From: Nanobdellota archaeon
Lineage (GTDB): Archaea; Nanobdellota; Nanobdellia; Woesearchaeales; JBHPFW01
Assembly (NCBI GenBank): GCA_042571645.1
Contig: JBHPFW010000001.1
Span: 25,589-89,588, forward strand
DNA: 64,000 bases
Direction of reading: 5' to 3'
A program made the translations under genes and the position numbers. The notes beneath the pieces were generated by a model, which made no database searches, had not been told where the DNA came from, and worked only from the letters and a program-made list of their open reading frames with translations. Below are positions 27,376-37,212 of the stretch, piece after piece (within the stretch, counting starts at the first letter, position 1; the number at the start of each line of letters is the position of its first letter).

Positions 27376-29955
27376 TTATTTCTTGTCTTTTTTACCTACA
27401 TCCAAATCAATTACTCTCCGGGTCGGGTCTGCATTATATCCTGATCTATTTAATTCAATTTCTCTAATTTCAGGCAAATCTCCCAATCTACCCATCCCCA
27501 TAGTATCTGGTAGAGGCGGTGGTTGAGATGTTTGTGTTTTAATTGCAGTTAAATTATACAATGCCTCCACCATGTTTCTTGTACCAGAAGTTGTTGATCT
27601 AACCCAAGAATCTCTATCAACCTTTTTATCAACAGTAAATTGAGCTGCATGAGAAACATTTCCTGTCACTACCAGATAAACTGTGCCTTCTGCTGCAGAA
27701 CTTAATTGAGATAACCTATTCTGACAACTATAACCAAAAACCTTCAAGTCCCCAATATTTAAATACTTCCCGAGTCTTTCCTGATAGTCAATTCCTTTTC
27801 TACCGCCAATGATAACTAGCCTGTTTAAATACGGTCTTGAATCTTCTGGTACTTCAATAGAATCCGGATCATATGCAAGAGGATAATCTGCTGGTTTATC
27901 AAAATCATCAGAAATTGCATTAATCTCATAAAAATATCTTATCAAAAGGTCCTTTTTTTCCTCTCTATCAGCAATATTGGATAATTGAACTAAAAAAGGC
28001 CAATAAAACATTTCTCCCTTAACTGACACATATCTTCTTCCCCTTACTAAATCTATGTCATCTCCAATATCAATATAGCCAGCTGAATTTCTGATAAGGT
28101 CCTCCTCCAATCTCCACAAATCTCTTCTTATTTGTATGAGATCTTTCAAATGATCAGAGACGAAACTAATATCTTCTTCTAGTAAAGTAATAAGATCCTG
28201 ATTAAAGGGATGTTCCTTTCTGACAGACATGCTCAATTTATTATAAATTTTATCATATTTTCCTTGGCGTTCAATTGATTCATAAATATCAATTATTTCT
28301 TCCATAGCTGCAAAATCTCGCTTAGCATAAATCTCACCAAGTTTAGGAAACATAGCTCTTAACTCATTTCCTCTCTTCAAATCTTCTCTTAGTTCTTGAG
28401 CAATATCAACATAAACTTCATGATTTTTTAGAAAGTCTACTAGAATAATTGCATTGTTGACATTATCTTTGAGCACCTCTGCTACAACAGGAATACGATT
28501 TTTCCCTTTACTAACTAAATAACTCAGGCGCCTATCACCATCTAAAGCCAACCACTCATTAATATTTCCCTCATCTATATATTTAGAAAGAGGCTGATCC
28601 TCGCCATAATAATAAGTTGACAAAAAGCCACATACTGTTTCTGGTTCCTCAAATGAACCAAACTCCTCTGAAAATCTCGCTCTAAGACTAAAGTCTGATT
28701 TATTCATCGAACTTAAAACAAATTGAGGATTAGGAGAATTTCTACCTCGCTTATATTTCTTGTGGAATTTCCCAAGTTCTTCATTTAATCCTATCTTTTT
28801 TTCAATTGTGCCAGAATATAATTCATAAACCTCTAAAAATGAAGCAATCTCATTTCCTATAATATGAGGAAGTAAAAATTGCTTCCTGTCCATATCAACG
28901 ACTATATTGATAATTCTTTCTAACTCAATAGTCTTAACATAAGTTGTTTGCAAATAATCTCTGATATCTTCTTGTTCAATTCCCCTATAAATATCTCTAG
29001 CATATTTTAAATTTTCAATTACATATCCCAATGCAAGATTTCTTAATAAATCCAAAGAAGATCTTTTTGTTTCAATTACTTTGGCCAAATAAGGAAATGC
29101 CTGAGCAAACTCATTTCGTTTTTCTTTAACTCCAACTCCTGGAAGAATCTCTTTGACTTCATCTTGCTGTTCTTTCATCCTATAAAATAAACTAATATCG
29201 TAATCAACTCGTATATCATCCAAAGAATCATTCCATTCAGAATTCCCTAATTCCGGATTTTTAAGCAGTGCTTCAAGAGATTTATGTGCAATCTGACTCT
29301 TTTTTGTTTGAGAATTAAATCGCTCTTGTAATTTCATTGGCTCTGGCAAGAAATACATCTTTTGCCTGAAAAAAGGCAAACTATCTAATAACTGAGTTAT
29401 GAATAAAAGATGTTTATTATATGTTTTTCCCCACCCATAAATATTTTTCCGATAATAAGATCTAGCTGAACCCCACTTTTTCATATATGTTGGTGAGCTA
29501 AACGGAAAACCAGCTATTGATTTAAACCTTGGAAAATTTTTAAGCATATACGGATCTTGTTTTATTTGATTTTCATAAAACAAAATTTTTCTTGTAGTGT
29601 CCATGTTAAGACAATTTGGACCATCTGAATGCAAATAAGCAGCCCACAAGAAATATTTAGACTCAAATGGCAAATCCAACTCATCAAGGAATGATGGGGG
29701 TTTATCTTCTACTATTAAGCCAGGATAATCAAAATAATCCATAAGTAAACAAATATCAACTAATGGGAAAAAATCATGAGACCCTGGAACAACATCAATA
29801 GCTCTTCTTTCTAAAGGATCAACATATTTAGTAGGCAAAGGCATGTAATCATACTTCATACGCGCTGAATTACTTTCTTTCCCTGGTTTCTTCTTTACCG
29901 TTTGTTTCTTCTTAGATCTTTTATTATTTTTATCACTAAAATATCTTTTCGCCAT
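27376..29955 (-). CDS. Large orphan protein (859 aa) with C-terminal DUF2325-like module
   Basis: Uninterrupted 2.58-kb ORF, ATG start, basic N-terminus. C-terminal RLVIIGGRKG...VYLVVTGNVSHAAQFTVDKK resembles DUF2325 (from memory). The rest is unrecognised. Confidence 0.7.
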   Translation of the reverse strand: MAKRYFSDKNNKRSKKKQTVKKKPGKESNSARMKYDYMPLPTKYVDPLERRAIDVVPGSHDFFPLVDICLLMDYFDYPGLIVEDKPPSFLDELDLPFESKYFLWAAYLHSDGPNCLNMDTTRKILFYENQIKQDPYMLKNFPRFKSIAGFPFSSPTYMKKWGSARSYYRKNIYGWGKTYNKHLLFITQLLDSLPFFRQKMYFLPEPMKLQERFNSQTKKSQIAHKSLEALLKNPELGNSEWNDSLDDIRVDYDISLFYRMKEQQDEVKEILPGVGVKEKRNEFAQAFPYLAKVIETKRSSLDLLRNLALGYVIENLKYARDIYRGIEQEDIRDYLQTTYVKTIELERIINIVVDMDRKQFLLPHIIGNEIASFLEVYELYSGTIEKKIGLNEELGKFHKKYKRGRNSPNPQFVLSSMNKSDFSLRARFSEEFGSFEEPETVCGFLSTYYYGEDQPLSKYIDEGNINEWLALDGDRRLSYLVSKGKNRIPVVAEVLKDNVNNAIILVDFLKNHEVYVDIAQELREDLKRGNELRAMFPKLGEIYAKRDFAAMEEIIDIYESIERQGKYDKIYNKLSMSVRKEHPFNQDLITLLEEDISFVSDHLKDLIQIRRDLWRLEEDLIRNSAGYIDIGDDIDLVRGRRYVSVKGEMFYWPFLVQLSNIADREEKKDLLIRYFYEINAISDDFDKPADYPLAYDPDSIEVPEDSRPYLNRLVIIGGRKGIDYQERLGKYLNIGDLKVFGYSCQNRLSQLSSAAEGTVYLVVTGNVSHAAQFTVDKKVDRDSWVRSTTSGTRNMVEALYNLTAIKTQTSQPPPLPDTMGMGRLGDLPEIREIELNRSGYNADPTRRVIDLDVGKKDKK

Positions 29956-30047
29956 ATAAACGGTTTCAGAAACACATCTCCTTTAAATACCTTTCTATAT
30001 GTTACCACTACGGAGTACTTCATCTATAGAGAAGCTTATAAAACCCA

Positions 30048-30251
30048 TCACAAATCCTTAATCTCAAACACTAATTTTACAACACTCACAAAACACAATG
30101 CCATTATCAGCATGCTTTCAAAGCCATAACCTAATCCAATGTTCAATAATTCCTTTCTCCTGATTAAATCAAGATATGCTATAAAGAATATTGCTAAGAA
30201 TACTAGAAGAATTATTCCATAAGATATTATTAGCTTTTTTTTGTGTGTCAT
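30048..30251 (-). CDS. Small two-TM membrane protein (67 aa)
   Basis: ATGA overlap with the upstream nucleotidyltransferase gene. Two hydrophobic helices (LIISYGIILLVFLAIFFIAYL; MLIMALCFVSVVKLVF). Confidence 0.45.
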   Translation of the reverse strand: MTHKKKLIISYGIILLVFLAIFFIAYLDLIRRKELLNIGLGYGFESMLIMALCFVSVVKLVFEIKDL

Positions 30252-30778
30252 TTTATCTTTATAAATCCATAAAGAATTATCCCATTAATTATGTTATTTC
30301 TTAATTCTTTAGAAAGCTTATTTATATTTGGTTCGAATAATAAATTAATTTTCCTCTTTAATTTCTTTTCATATATTGATAAATCAAGTTTTGATTCTTT
30401 TGATTCAACAAAGATATCTATATCGCTATTTTGATTAAAATCACCTTTAGAACAACTACCAAACAAAATTAGTGATGAGGGAAATAGTTTCTCTTCCAGA
30501 TAATTGACTAAGCCAGATTCATTTATTTCATGAATTATGTAATTTTTCTTATAAAACTTATATTTCCTATTCTCACTATTTGCATAGTATGTGGGGTACA
30601 GTGTGTCTTCTTTCTTTTTAACCAACTTAAGCTTCACAAGATCTTTAATATGCTTTATTACAGTTGCATGACTTAATTTCAATTGCCTAGCAATACCCCT
30701 GATAGAGAAATCTCTAGAAGAATATTCTATAAACAGCTCTAATATTCTATAATTATTGTTTTTGAAGGCTTTATCCAT
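30248..30778 (-). CDS. wHTH plus minimal nucleotidyltransferase (MNT-type) protein
   Basis: N-terminal IRGIARQLKLSHATVIKHIKDLVKLKLV. NTase motif LFGSCSKGDFNQNSDIDIFV (GS...DxD). Confidence 0.75.
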   Translation of the reverse strand: MDKAFKNNNYRILELFIEYSSRDFSIRGIARQLKLSHATVIKHIKDLVKLKLVKKKEDTLYPTYYANSENRKYKFYKKNYIIHEINESGLVNYLEEKLFPSSLILFGSCSKGDFNQNSDIDIFVESKESKLDLSIYEKKLKRKINLLFEPNINKLSKELRNNIINGIILYGFIKIK

Positions 30779-30900
30779 TTTAATTGGTCAAATAATCAAC
30801 CATCTGGTTATAAAAATGACCAGAAGTATATAAATTTTGCGGATTAGTTTAAAAAGCATTATTGATAAGGTTTAAATAAGACCTATTGATCCCCGGTTTA

Positions 30901-31734
30901 ATGGCAAAAGAAGAAGAAGTCATACCTCTTACTTTAGATGATCTGGATCGTATACAACATAGACAAATAATCACAAAACTTAAAGAATTATATAGGGGGG
31001 ATACTCTAAGGATTCTTGATATTGCAACAGGAATGAGTGCAACAAATCCAGGAATAATAAAAAAATTATCTGAAGAAAACATCCCCTTTGAATTTGTTCT
31101 TTCAGATATCTCTCCTGGTTTATTAGATATGGGTTATTCATTCGCTACAGATTATCTTGGACAAACTGGAAAACTTATTTGCGTATTAGCAGATGCAACA
31201 GATTTAAGAAAAGAACTAACAGATATTCCTGATTTCCACAAAGATGGTGCAAATACTATTAAACTTGAAAAAATTTTAAGAAACCCCCATTACAAATTTT
31301 TAAGAACAGGCTATGATGGATTAAAAAGAAAGGTAAATTTTAATGATGCAAGTTTTGATTTGGTGCTTGGAGAAACACCATACTTCAGCATGCAATTATA
31401 CGCAGAATCATTAAGAGAAGCTGGAATGATAGTAGATTTTAAAGACGCAGTCAAAGAAGTCGCAAGAGTTCTTAAACCTGGAGGATATCATATAATTATG
31501 GAAGAAGAAACTGAATCTATTAATAAAGAAGTGGAACGTACTCCAGATGCAATGAAGAAAGCACAAAAAAACTACACTGCCAATATCATTGCTGAATTAA
31601 ATAAACATCTTAAACCAATATCAATTATTTCAGCAATGGAAAAACATACTACCCACAGAGAATATGACCCAACACTCATTCGCCAACCAGGAGACATTAT
31701 AAAATATGCTCTCATCGTATATCAAAAAGAATAA
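30901..31734 (+). CDS. Class I SAM-dependent methyltransferase
   Basis: ILDIATGMSATNPG motif I-like, VLKPGGYHIIME. The track start (TTG 30886) was moved to the ATG at 30901. Confidence 0.7.
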   Translation: MAKEEEVIPLTLDDLDRIQHRQIITKLKELYRGDTLRILDIATGMSATNPGIIKKLSEENIPFEFVLSDISPGLLDMGYSFATDYLGQTGKLICVLADATDLRKELTDIPDFHKDGANTIKLEKILRNPHYKFLRTGYDGLKRKVNFNDASFDLVLGETPYFSMQLYAESLREAGMIVDFKDAVKEVARVLKPGGYHIIMEEETESINKEVERTPDAMKKAQKNYTANIIAELNKHLKPISIISAMEKHTTHREYDPTLIRQPGDIIKYALIVYQKE

Positions 31735-31737
31735 TTC

Positions 31738-32031
31738 TCAATCAACAGTAAACAACCTAGAATCACTAACCTTAAACAATTTTATTCTTGCACCTGCATC
31801 TAACCAGCCATGAGCGTAATTCAAAGCTGCAAACGCTGTAACAATGTCTCCTTTGTCTTTGAAATGTCCAGCATCTGAGTAATATCTTTCTGCCATGTCT
31901 AGAAAATCTTCTGCTTGTGCCTTTTTTTCCTCAGTAGAATCATCTATTCCTTTTTCTTTAATCATATCTAAAGCTTCTTTTGTAACAGAGAAGTATTTTT
32001 CCAGTTTTTCAGGAGTTATTGTGTTGTTCAT
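31738..32031 (-). CDS. DUF357-family archaeal protein
   Basis: AERYYSDAGHFKDKGDIVTAFAALNYAHGWLDAG. Conserved tail member of the exosome/RpoK neighbourhood. Confidence 0.75.
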   Translation of the reverse strand: MNNTITPEKLEKYFSVTKEALDMIKEKGIDDSTEEKKAQAEDFLDMAERYYSDAGHFKDKGDIVTAFAALNYAHGWLDAGARIKLFKVSDSRLFTVD

Positions 32032-32065
32032 TTTTTAAGAAATGGATAAAAAAATAGTTAAAAAA

Positions 32066-32281
32066 TTAATTTTTCTCTTTAGTTGCTTCTCTTTTAACAT
32101 CTAATGGAACTACACCCTGTTCAAACTCCAACTTAGCAATTGCAAGAGTATCATAATTTATTTTCTCAAGCTCTTTTTCAGACAGCTTTACCTTAAACGG
32201 AGCACCCATTGCTATTTGCAAAGCTCTGCTTCCGATAATCCTGGCTTTTTCATATTTTGTATATTTTTTTTCTTCAGCCAT
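32066..32281 (-). CDS. rpoK: DNA-directed RNA polymerase subunit K (Rpo6)
   Basis: YTKYEKARIIGSRALQIAMGAPF. The ATG at 32281 is preferred over the longer track ORF. Confidence 0.9.
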   Translation of the reverse strand: MAEEKKYTKYEKARIIGSRALQIAMGAPFKVKLSEKELEKINYDTLAIAKLEFEQGVVPLDVKREATKEKN

Positions 32282-32341
32282 ATAACGATCACCTACAAAA
32301 TTTATTTTGGAGGTGCCAGAAATTCTCTGATTTCTGATCAC

Positions 32342-33118
32342 CTACAATTTTACAGACTTTCTAACTTCTTCTGATTTTTTAACTGCAAACTTGATCATTT
32401 CTTTTATTTGATCAATAGTAAGATCTAACTCTCCGCCTTTCTGCAAAGCACAAAGCCTGCCATCAGCTAAGACAGCTACTGTAAGTCTTGCATCAATTGC
32501 TTCCTCTTCTTCAGGTATTGGATCAACAATTAAATGTTCTCCAATCTTAAAAACTGTTACAGAAACAGGTGCATCGGTCAAAGGCAGTTTCTTCTTTGTC
32601 TTGTGCTTATAGTCGAGAGTTTCTCCATCATATTCAGGATACACTGCATCTTTCAAAGCCAATAACGCAGCAAGGAATGATGCATCAAACAAATTTCCTG
32701 CAGCATTTATAGGACAGACATCAACAGAAACCATCCAAACTTTTTCTCCAACCTCTATACAAAGATCTTTTGTATCGATAAGCTTAGATTCCCTTAATGC
32801 TCTATCAACTATCCTTGCCAATTCAATTGACTTTATATTTGGAGGACCTGATTCGAAATCAGGAGAAGCCAAAGGCAATAACTCAGTATTCACTGACATT
32901 GTACCTTCATCAGGACTGTCTGGATACGGCGTACCAATGCTTAATTTTACACCAGCTAAAACTTCTGTGTCTCCTATCTTTACTCTGGCTGAGCCCTCTG
33001 CTGTACCTATTAATCCTGATTCAAACTCTATGTTTCTGTATTCATCTGTTTTTCTGCCATCAAACCTAACATTTTTGTTTAAGCATGCGATTATGTGTTC
33101 TTTCATATCTCTATTCAT
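32342..33118 (-). CDS. rrp42: Exosome complex component Rrp42
   Basis: RNase PH-like RFDGRKTDEYRNIEFESG..AEGSARVKIGDT. Overlaps the rrp41 stop by 8 nt. Confidence 0.9.
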   Translation of the reverse strand: MNRDMKEHIIACLNKNVRFDGRKTDEYRNIEFESGLIGTAEGSARVKIGDTEVLAGVKLSIGTPYPDSPDEGTMSVNTELLPLASPDFESGPPNIKSIELARIVDRALRESKLIDTKDLCIEVGEKVWMVSVDVCPINAAGNLFDASFLAALLALKDAVYPEYDGETLDYKHKTKKKLPLTDAPVSVTVFKIGEHLIVDPIPEEEEAIDARLTVAVLADGRLCALQKGGELDLTIDQIKEMIKFAVKKSEEVRKSVKL

Positions 33119-33821
33119 TCTTACCCTCTCCGGTGTATTTCTCTTTTAGTGCTTTTTTTTGGATTTCGTAAATCTCATTTCCTACTTCTTTAGCCTTATC
33201 AAGTGCATCAAATAAATGTTCTTGATCAACATGGCCATCCATTTGTAACAAGGAAACTTGCCCTGTGCTTGGAATTATAGCAACTGGAATGTCTGCTACT
33301 TCTCCTTCAGAAGCTTCTTCATTGTAATCAAGGTCAATAAGAACTTCTCCATCAATAACTCCTGCAGCAACAGATACAACTAAATCCGTCATCTTTATGC
33401 CTGCATCTGCTAAAGCCATAGAGGCAGCACATATACCTGCACATCTGCTTCCTGCATCAGTTTGTGGGAGTTCTATGAATACATCCACAACCGAATTTGG
33501 AGAATCTCCAAGATCAATTACTGGCAATAATGCCTTTTCTGTAACCATGGATATTTCCTTTGATCTTCTGCTTCCTCCTGGTCTGACTCTGTCGCCCATT
33601 CCTGAGAAAGGCATCATGTTATATTTGCATCTTAGTAATCCTTTTGAAGGATTTTTTAAGAAAGAAGGATAAAGATCTCTAGGACCATACACTGCTGCAT
33701 ATGCAATAGTGTTTCCTATTTTGAAATATGCAGAACCATTTGCTCTTGGTATTACTCCTGCTTTTGCTTCAATCTTTCTTGTTTCTTCTGGTTTTCTTCC
33801 ATCTGATCTCTTGAATGCCAT
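33111..33821 (-). CDS. rrp41: Exosome complex exonuclease Rrp41
   Basis: RSDGRKPEETRKIEAKAGV..NGSAYFKIGNT, GGSRRSKEI phosphate-binding region. Confidence 0.92.
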   Translation of the reverse strand: MAFKRSDGRKPEETRKIEAKAGVIPRANGSAYFKIGNTIAYAAVYGPRDLYPSFLKNPSKGLLRCKYNMMPFSGMGDRVRPGGSRRSKEISMVTEKALLPVIDLGDSPNSVVDVFIELPQTDAGSRCAGICAASMALADAGIKMTDLVVSVAAGVIDGEVLIDLDYNEEASEGEVADIPVAIIPSTGQVSLLQMDGHVDQEHLFDALDKAKEVGNEIYEIQKKALKEKYTGEGKNE

Positions 33822-34573
33822 TATTGATCACCTCTATTCTGCTGAGGACTCGGCAAAGGAGCATCTAAATTTACTTCTTCTCCTAGTTTTTTGAGTTCTC
33901 CTATCAAATAATCCTTTACCTTGTCTGTTAATCCTGACAGATGTGATTTCTTTTCTATCATCTTTATTGCATCAACGACTATGCGCTCTTTTTCTGGCTC
34001 GCCGGAAAACCATATCCAACCATTCTGGCCGACTATGATCTGAGCACCAGTAGCTTTCTTTATCATGCTTACCATACTTCCCTGCTTTCCGATTATCCTA
34101 GGAACTTTATGGGTATTAACAGATAATATTCTGCCCCCTCTCAATCTTCTTAAGCCAGGACCTTTAGTTGATACGTCAATTAATTTTTGGGAAGTAACTC
34201 TTGTTATTCTTGCTGCCAGATAATCACCAATTGCAAAATACCTTGTAAGATCTGCATCTTTTGGGATGAAATCTGATGAAGCTTCTGCTAGTGACAGTAC
34301 AGCTGTATATGGAGAATTTGTTTTCACTCTCCAACCACTCATAAGAACATCAGAGACCTTGCAAACAATCGTGTCTCCTCTCTTAGGAGAGTAAGCTCCT
34401 GACATAGGAATAAGTTTGATAACTTTTCCATCTATCTTTACTAGACCAAGCATGCCTGCTCTAATATCATCTTCTAATCTATATGTACCATAAGACGGCA
34501 GATAATCCATACCTGCTGCCAATTTTTCTCCAGGCACAACTATATCTCTATCTTTTGTTAATAATTCACTCAT
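33821..34573 (-). CDS. rrp4: Exosome complex RNA-binding protein Rrp4 (S1 + KH)
   Basis: VVPGEKLA N-terminus, S1 region GDTIVCKV, KH region IIGKQGSMVSMIKKATGAQIIVGQNGWIW. Confidence 0.9.
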   Translation of the reverse strand: MSELLTKDRDIVVPGEKLAAGMDYLPSYGTYRLEDDIRAGMLGLVKIDGKVIKLIPMSGAYSPKRGDTIVCKVSDVLMSGWRVKTNSPYTAVLSLAEASSDFIPKDADLTRYFAIGDYLAARITRVTSQKLIDVSTKGPGLRRLRGGRILSVNTHKVPRIIGKQGSMVSMIKKATGAQIIVGQNGWIWFSGEPEKERIVVDAIKMIEKKSHLSGLTDKVKDYLIGELKKLGEEVNLDAPLPSPQQNRGDQ

Positions 34574-34661
34574 TTTTTATTCACCTTGTATCTCTTAATC
34601 ATAACAATAAATTCATTTCATTCATTATTATCTATTTTCTTTCTATTATTTATCTACTTGT

Positions 34662-35378
34662 TTATTCTATTTTTATCTCAGCAGAACCGTGCGTTATATT
34701 GTTAAGTTTATCCATTAACTCTCCAACAATACCCGCAGGAAGTTCCAAAACACATGACAAACTCCCATCTTGATTCCATGATTCCTCTTTTGGCTTTCCA
34801 AATTGCATTATAACAGGATAACATTTTCCTGCAACAGTTGCTGGAATTCTCATAGAAACATTTTTTGTCTCAAATCTTATTGGTAGTATAGGCTGAAGTT
34901 TTTTTACTATATCTTGTATTTGATCTTCTGCTGATTTAAACTCATCTATTTTGACCTTTGATTCTGCTAGAGCATTCTCAATTCTCTGTCTGGGATGTGG
35001 AATTTTTGTAGTTGGATCAATTGCATTCTTAGCAATTATATCCGCTACCCTATTTCTTTTTTCTTCTCTTAACTTAGCCCTATATTCTGCTGTAAGTTGG
35101 ATTTCTCCTTCATCAATAATTATTTTAGATACTTCTGCAGAATTAGTTGAACCAAATAATTCTTGCATTTTCTCTTCAGATGCTAATAAACCTTTTTGCA
35201 TGTCATGAAATACTTTATCAGAATCAATGATATCCGCGACATCCACATCTCCTTTAGCTTTGTATTCCATTGCCTTATCAGCATCTATAGCTATCTCAAA
35301 ATTTAAACCGCCTTTTTTTAGCTTAGCCAAATTGTGTGATATTTTTTCCCTGTCCATGAATTGAGGTTGTTCTCTCAT
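34662..35378 (-). CDS. sdo1: Ribosome maturation protein SBDS/SDO1
   Basis: AKLKKGGLNFEIAIDADKAMEYK, VFHDMQKGLLASEE, TTKIPHP. The ATG at 35378 is preferred to the TTG at 35390. Confidence 0.9.
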   Translation of the reverse strand: MREQPQFMDREKISHNLAKLKKGGLNFEIAIDADKAMEYKAKGDVDVADIIDSDKVFHDMQKGLLASEEKMQELFGSTNSAEVSKIIIDEGEIQLTAEYRAKLREEKRNRVADIIAKNAIDPTTKIPHPRQRIENALAESKVKIDEFKSAEDQIQDIVKKLQPILPIRFETKNVSMRIPATVAGKCYPVIMQFGKPKEESWNQDGSLSCVLELPAGIVGELMDKLNNITHGSAEIKIE

Positions 35379-35401
35379 TTTTTTATCCAAATACTAATCA
35401 T

Positions 35402-36130
35402 TTATTTTTTGATTTCCTTCATTATTTTCTCTATATCCTCTTTTGATAACTTAGTAAAAGTTGGATTATCCTTTTTTATGTAGACACAATCAAGTCTTTC
35501 TGCACTGAAATTATCATCAAGAACTTTGTTTAAAGCTTTTATTGCAAGTCGAAGAGCTTGGTCAACAGTAATGTCTTTTTTGTATTCCTTATAGAGTATT
35601 TCCTCTATCTCATCTTCGCCTTCCCCTATTACTGTAGCGTTATATCCAAAAAATATCCCTGTTGGGTCTGTTTCAAACAAAACAGGTTTGCCGTAATCTA
35701 TTCCAGCAACAAGCAAAGACACACCAAACGGCCTCAAACCACCTGATTGTGTGAAGTATTGTTTTATATCGCAAAGATCTTTTACAACAGTTAAGACATC
35801 AATCGGACTGTCATATGTTACTTTGTGCTGTTGTGATTTTAATTGTGCACGTTCTATTAGCACTCTTGCATCTGAGATTATTCCTGCTGCTGTTGCAGCA
35901 ATATGATTGTCAACCTGAAATATTTTCTCTATTGATTCTGGAACAATTAGTTTGTCTATGATTCTTTTATCTGTGACTAACAATACTCCGTCCTTACATA
36001 CTATTCCAATTGCTGTTGATCCCTGCTTAACTGTTTTTTTAGCATATTCAACTTGAAGTAATCTTCCATCTGGACTGAACATTGTGATTGCTCTGTCATA
36101 ACCCATTGCTTGATGATTCATTGGCTGCAT
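35402..36130 (-). CDS. psmA: Proteasome subunit alpha
   Basis: YDRAITMFSPDGRLLQVEYA hallmark N-terminus. Confidence 0.93.
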   Translation of the reverse strand: MQPMNHQAMGYDRAITMFSPDGRLLQVEYAKKTVKQGSTAIGIVCKDGVLLVTDKRIIDKLIVPESIEKIFQVDNHIAATAAGIISDARVLIERAQLKSQQHKVTYDSPIDVLTVVKDLCDIKQYFTQSGGLRPFGVSLLVAGIDYGKPVLFETDPTGIFFGYNATVIGEGEDEIEEILYKEYKKDITVDQALRLAIKALNKVLDDNFSAERLDCVYIKKDNPTFTKLSKEDIEKIMKEIKK

Positions 36131-36214
36131 TTTAATTTCCTCCTCTTTTACCCCTTGATTATTATTCTATTGTTTTCGTTTTAATTTTATTATTATTTTA
36201 TTAATGATATTAAG

Positions 36215-36616
36215 TTAAGCCGCCAAATAATTATTAACTGCTTTCTTCATTATACCGCTAACTCCTATTACCTGGACAGCTACTTCTTTGCCATCAATGT
36301 CTTTAATTAAAGCCATAGAAGCTCTCATTTTATCAATATTTTTATGTGTAACTTTTACTATGCCTCTTTGTGTGATGGGTTGCCATTTGTCTTTAAACAG
36401 CCTTAAACTCATATCCCCAACTCCTTCTTGACCATACAAATCCAGCGCAGAACCTCTAATTTTGCCTGAAACAGTCCCAAAATCGTCTATTTTGCCTTTA
36501 GAGACTATTTCGAAGACTAGATACCTATTACGGTCCTTTAAAGTGGGTAATATTGTCTTTAATTTCTTTTTTATGCCCAACACCTTATTAAGGTTAATAT
36601 CAATTTGAGAAAACAC
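36215..36616 (-). CDS. rnp2: RNase P protein component 2 (Pop5/Rpp14 homolog)
   Basis: LPTLKDRNRYLVFEIVS. Start uncertain (GTG at 36616, or an internal GTG/TTG). Confidence 0.8.
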   Translation of the reverse strand: MFSQIDINLNKVLGIKKKLKTILPTLKDRNRYLVFEIVSKGKIDDFGTVSGKIRGSALDLYGQEGVGDMSLRLFKDKWQPITQRGIVKVTHKNIDKMRASMALIKDIDGKEVAVQVIGVSGIMKKAVNNYLAA

Positions 36617-36696
36617 AATTGGGCGCGTTCTCTCTCTTCTCTCACAGAATTCTTAGATGAAAAGGTCCTTTATAAAGGTAGTGGTTTTTTAGTTTG

Positions 36697-36736
36697 CACT
36701 GGACATTTATGCCAAACAGATTTTTATACCATTTCT
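36697..36736 (+). promoter_or_regulatory. Copy 3 of the CACTGGACATTTA...TTTA(A/T)ACCA(A/T)TTCT promoter-like repeat
   Basis: CACTGGACATTTATGCCAAACAGATTTTTATACCATTTCT. The first 13 nt are identical to copies at 41811 and 41978. The distal part contains a TATA-like TTTTTATA. Confidence 0.45.
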
Positions 36737-36798
36737 CAATACCAATAATAAACAAAACCAAAAGATTTATATATAATTATATCATATAAACTTATATA

Positions 36799-37092
36799 AT
36801 GATTAAAAAACCCAAAATGTCATCAAAACAAGAACTGAAAATATTACATCAACCAAGATTAGACACAATTATGATGATAGAAGAAACAATAAAAGAACAT
36901 GGCGGAGAACTCGGTAAATTCCAGATGTGGAGAAAACTTCCTAAGGCAGTTATGTATCAAACATATTTAACAGTTCTTGATTATTTGGAGTATTCTAATA
37001 AAATAGCTTTTGACAAAAAAGGTAAAGTAGGATGGATATTTAGTCCAAATATCTATAAAAAATTCAAGAGTAATTCAAAACTTAAAAGATAA
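36799..37092 (+). CDS. Small putative winged-helix protein (97 aa)
   Basis: Helix-turn-helix-wing-like pattern (TIMMIEETIKEHGGELGKFQMWRKLPKAVMYQTYLTVLDYLEYSNKIAFDKKGKVGWI). Fold assignment is by eye only. Confidence 0.45.
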   Translation: MIKKPKMSSKQELKILHQPRLDTIMMIEETIKEHGGELGKFQMWRKLPKAVMYQTYLTVLDYLEYSNKIAFDKKGKVGWIFSPNIYKKFKSNSKLKR

Positions 37093-37212
37093 TCTGATTA
37101 TTTAAATACTGATTTAAATATGGCTTTTAAACTACTCATTTTTCTTGATAAACTTTAAATAACCTACCAAAAACCCGCTTTAGGACCCTTATAGTGCTTG
37201 AGGTTGGGTAAT

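Noticed and set aside
27376-29955. HEPN domain (Rx4-6H) in the 859-aa orphan as the missing partner of the MNT nucleotidyltransferase
   Set aside because: The only candidate is a single RKQFLLPH string with no surrounding HEPN-like helical pattern that I can recognise. This is too weak to call; it is left for a profile search.
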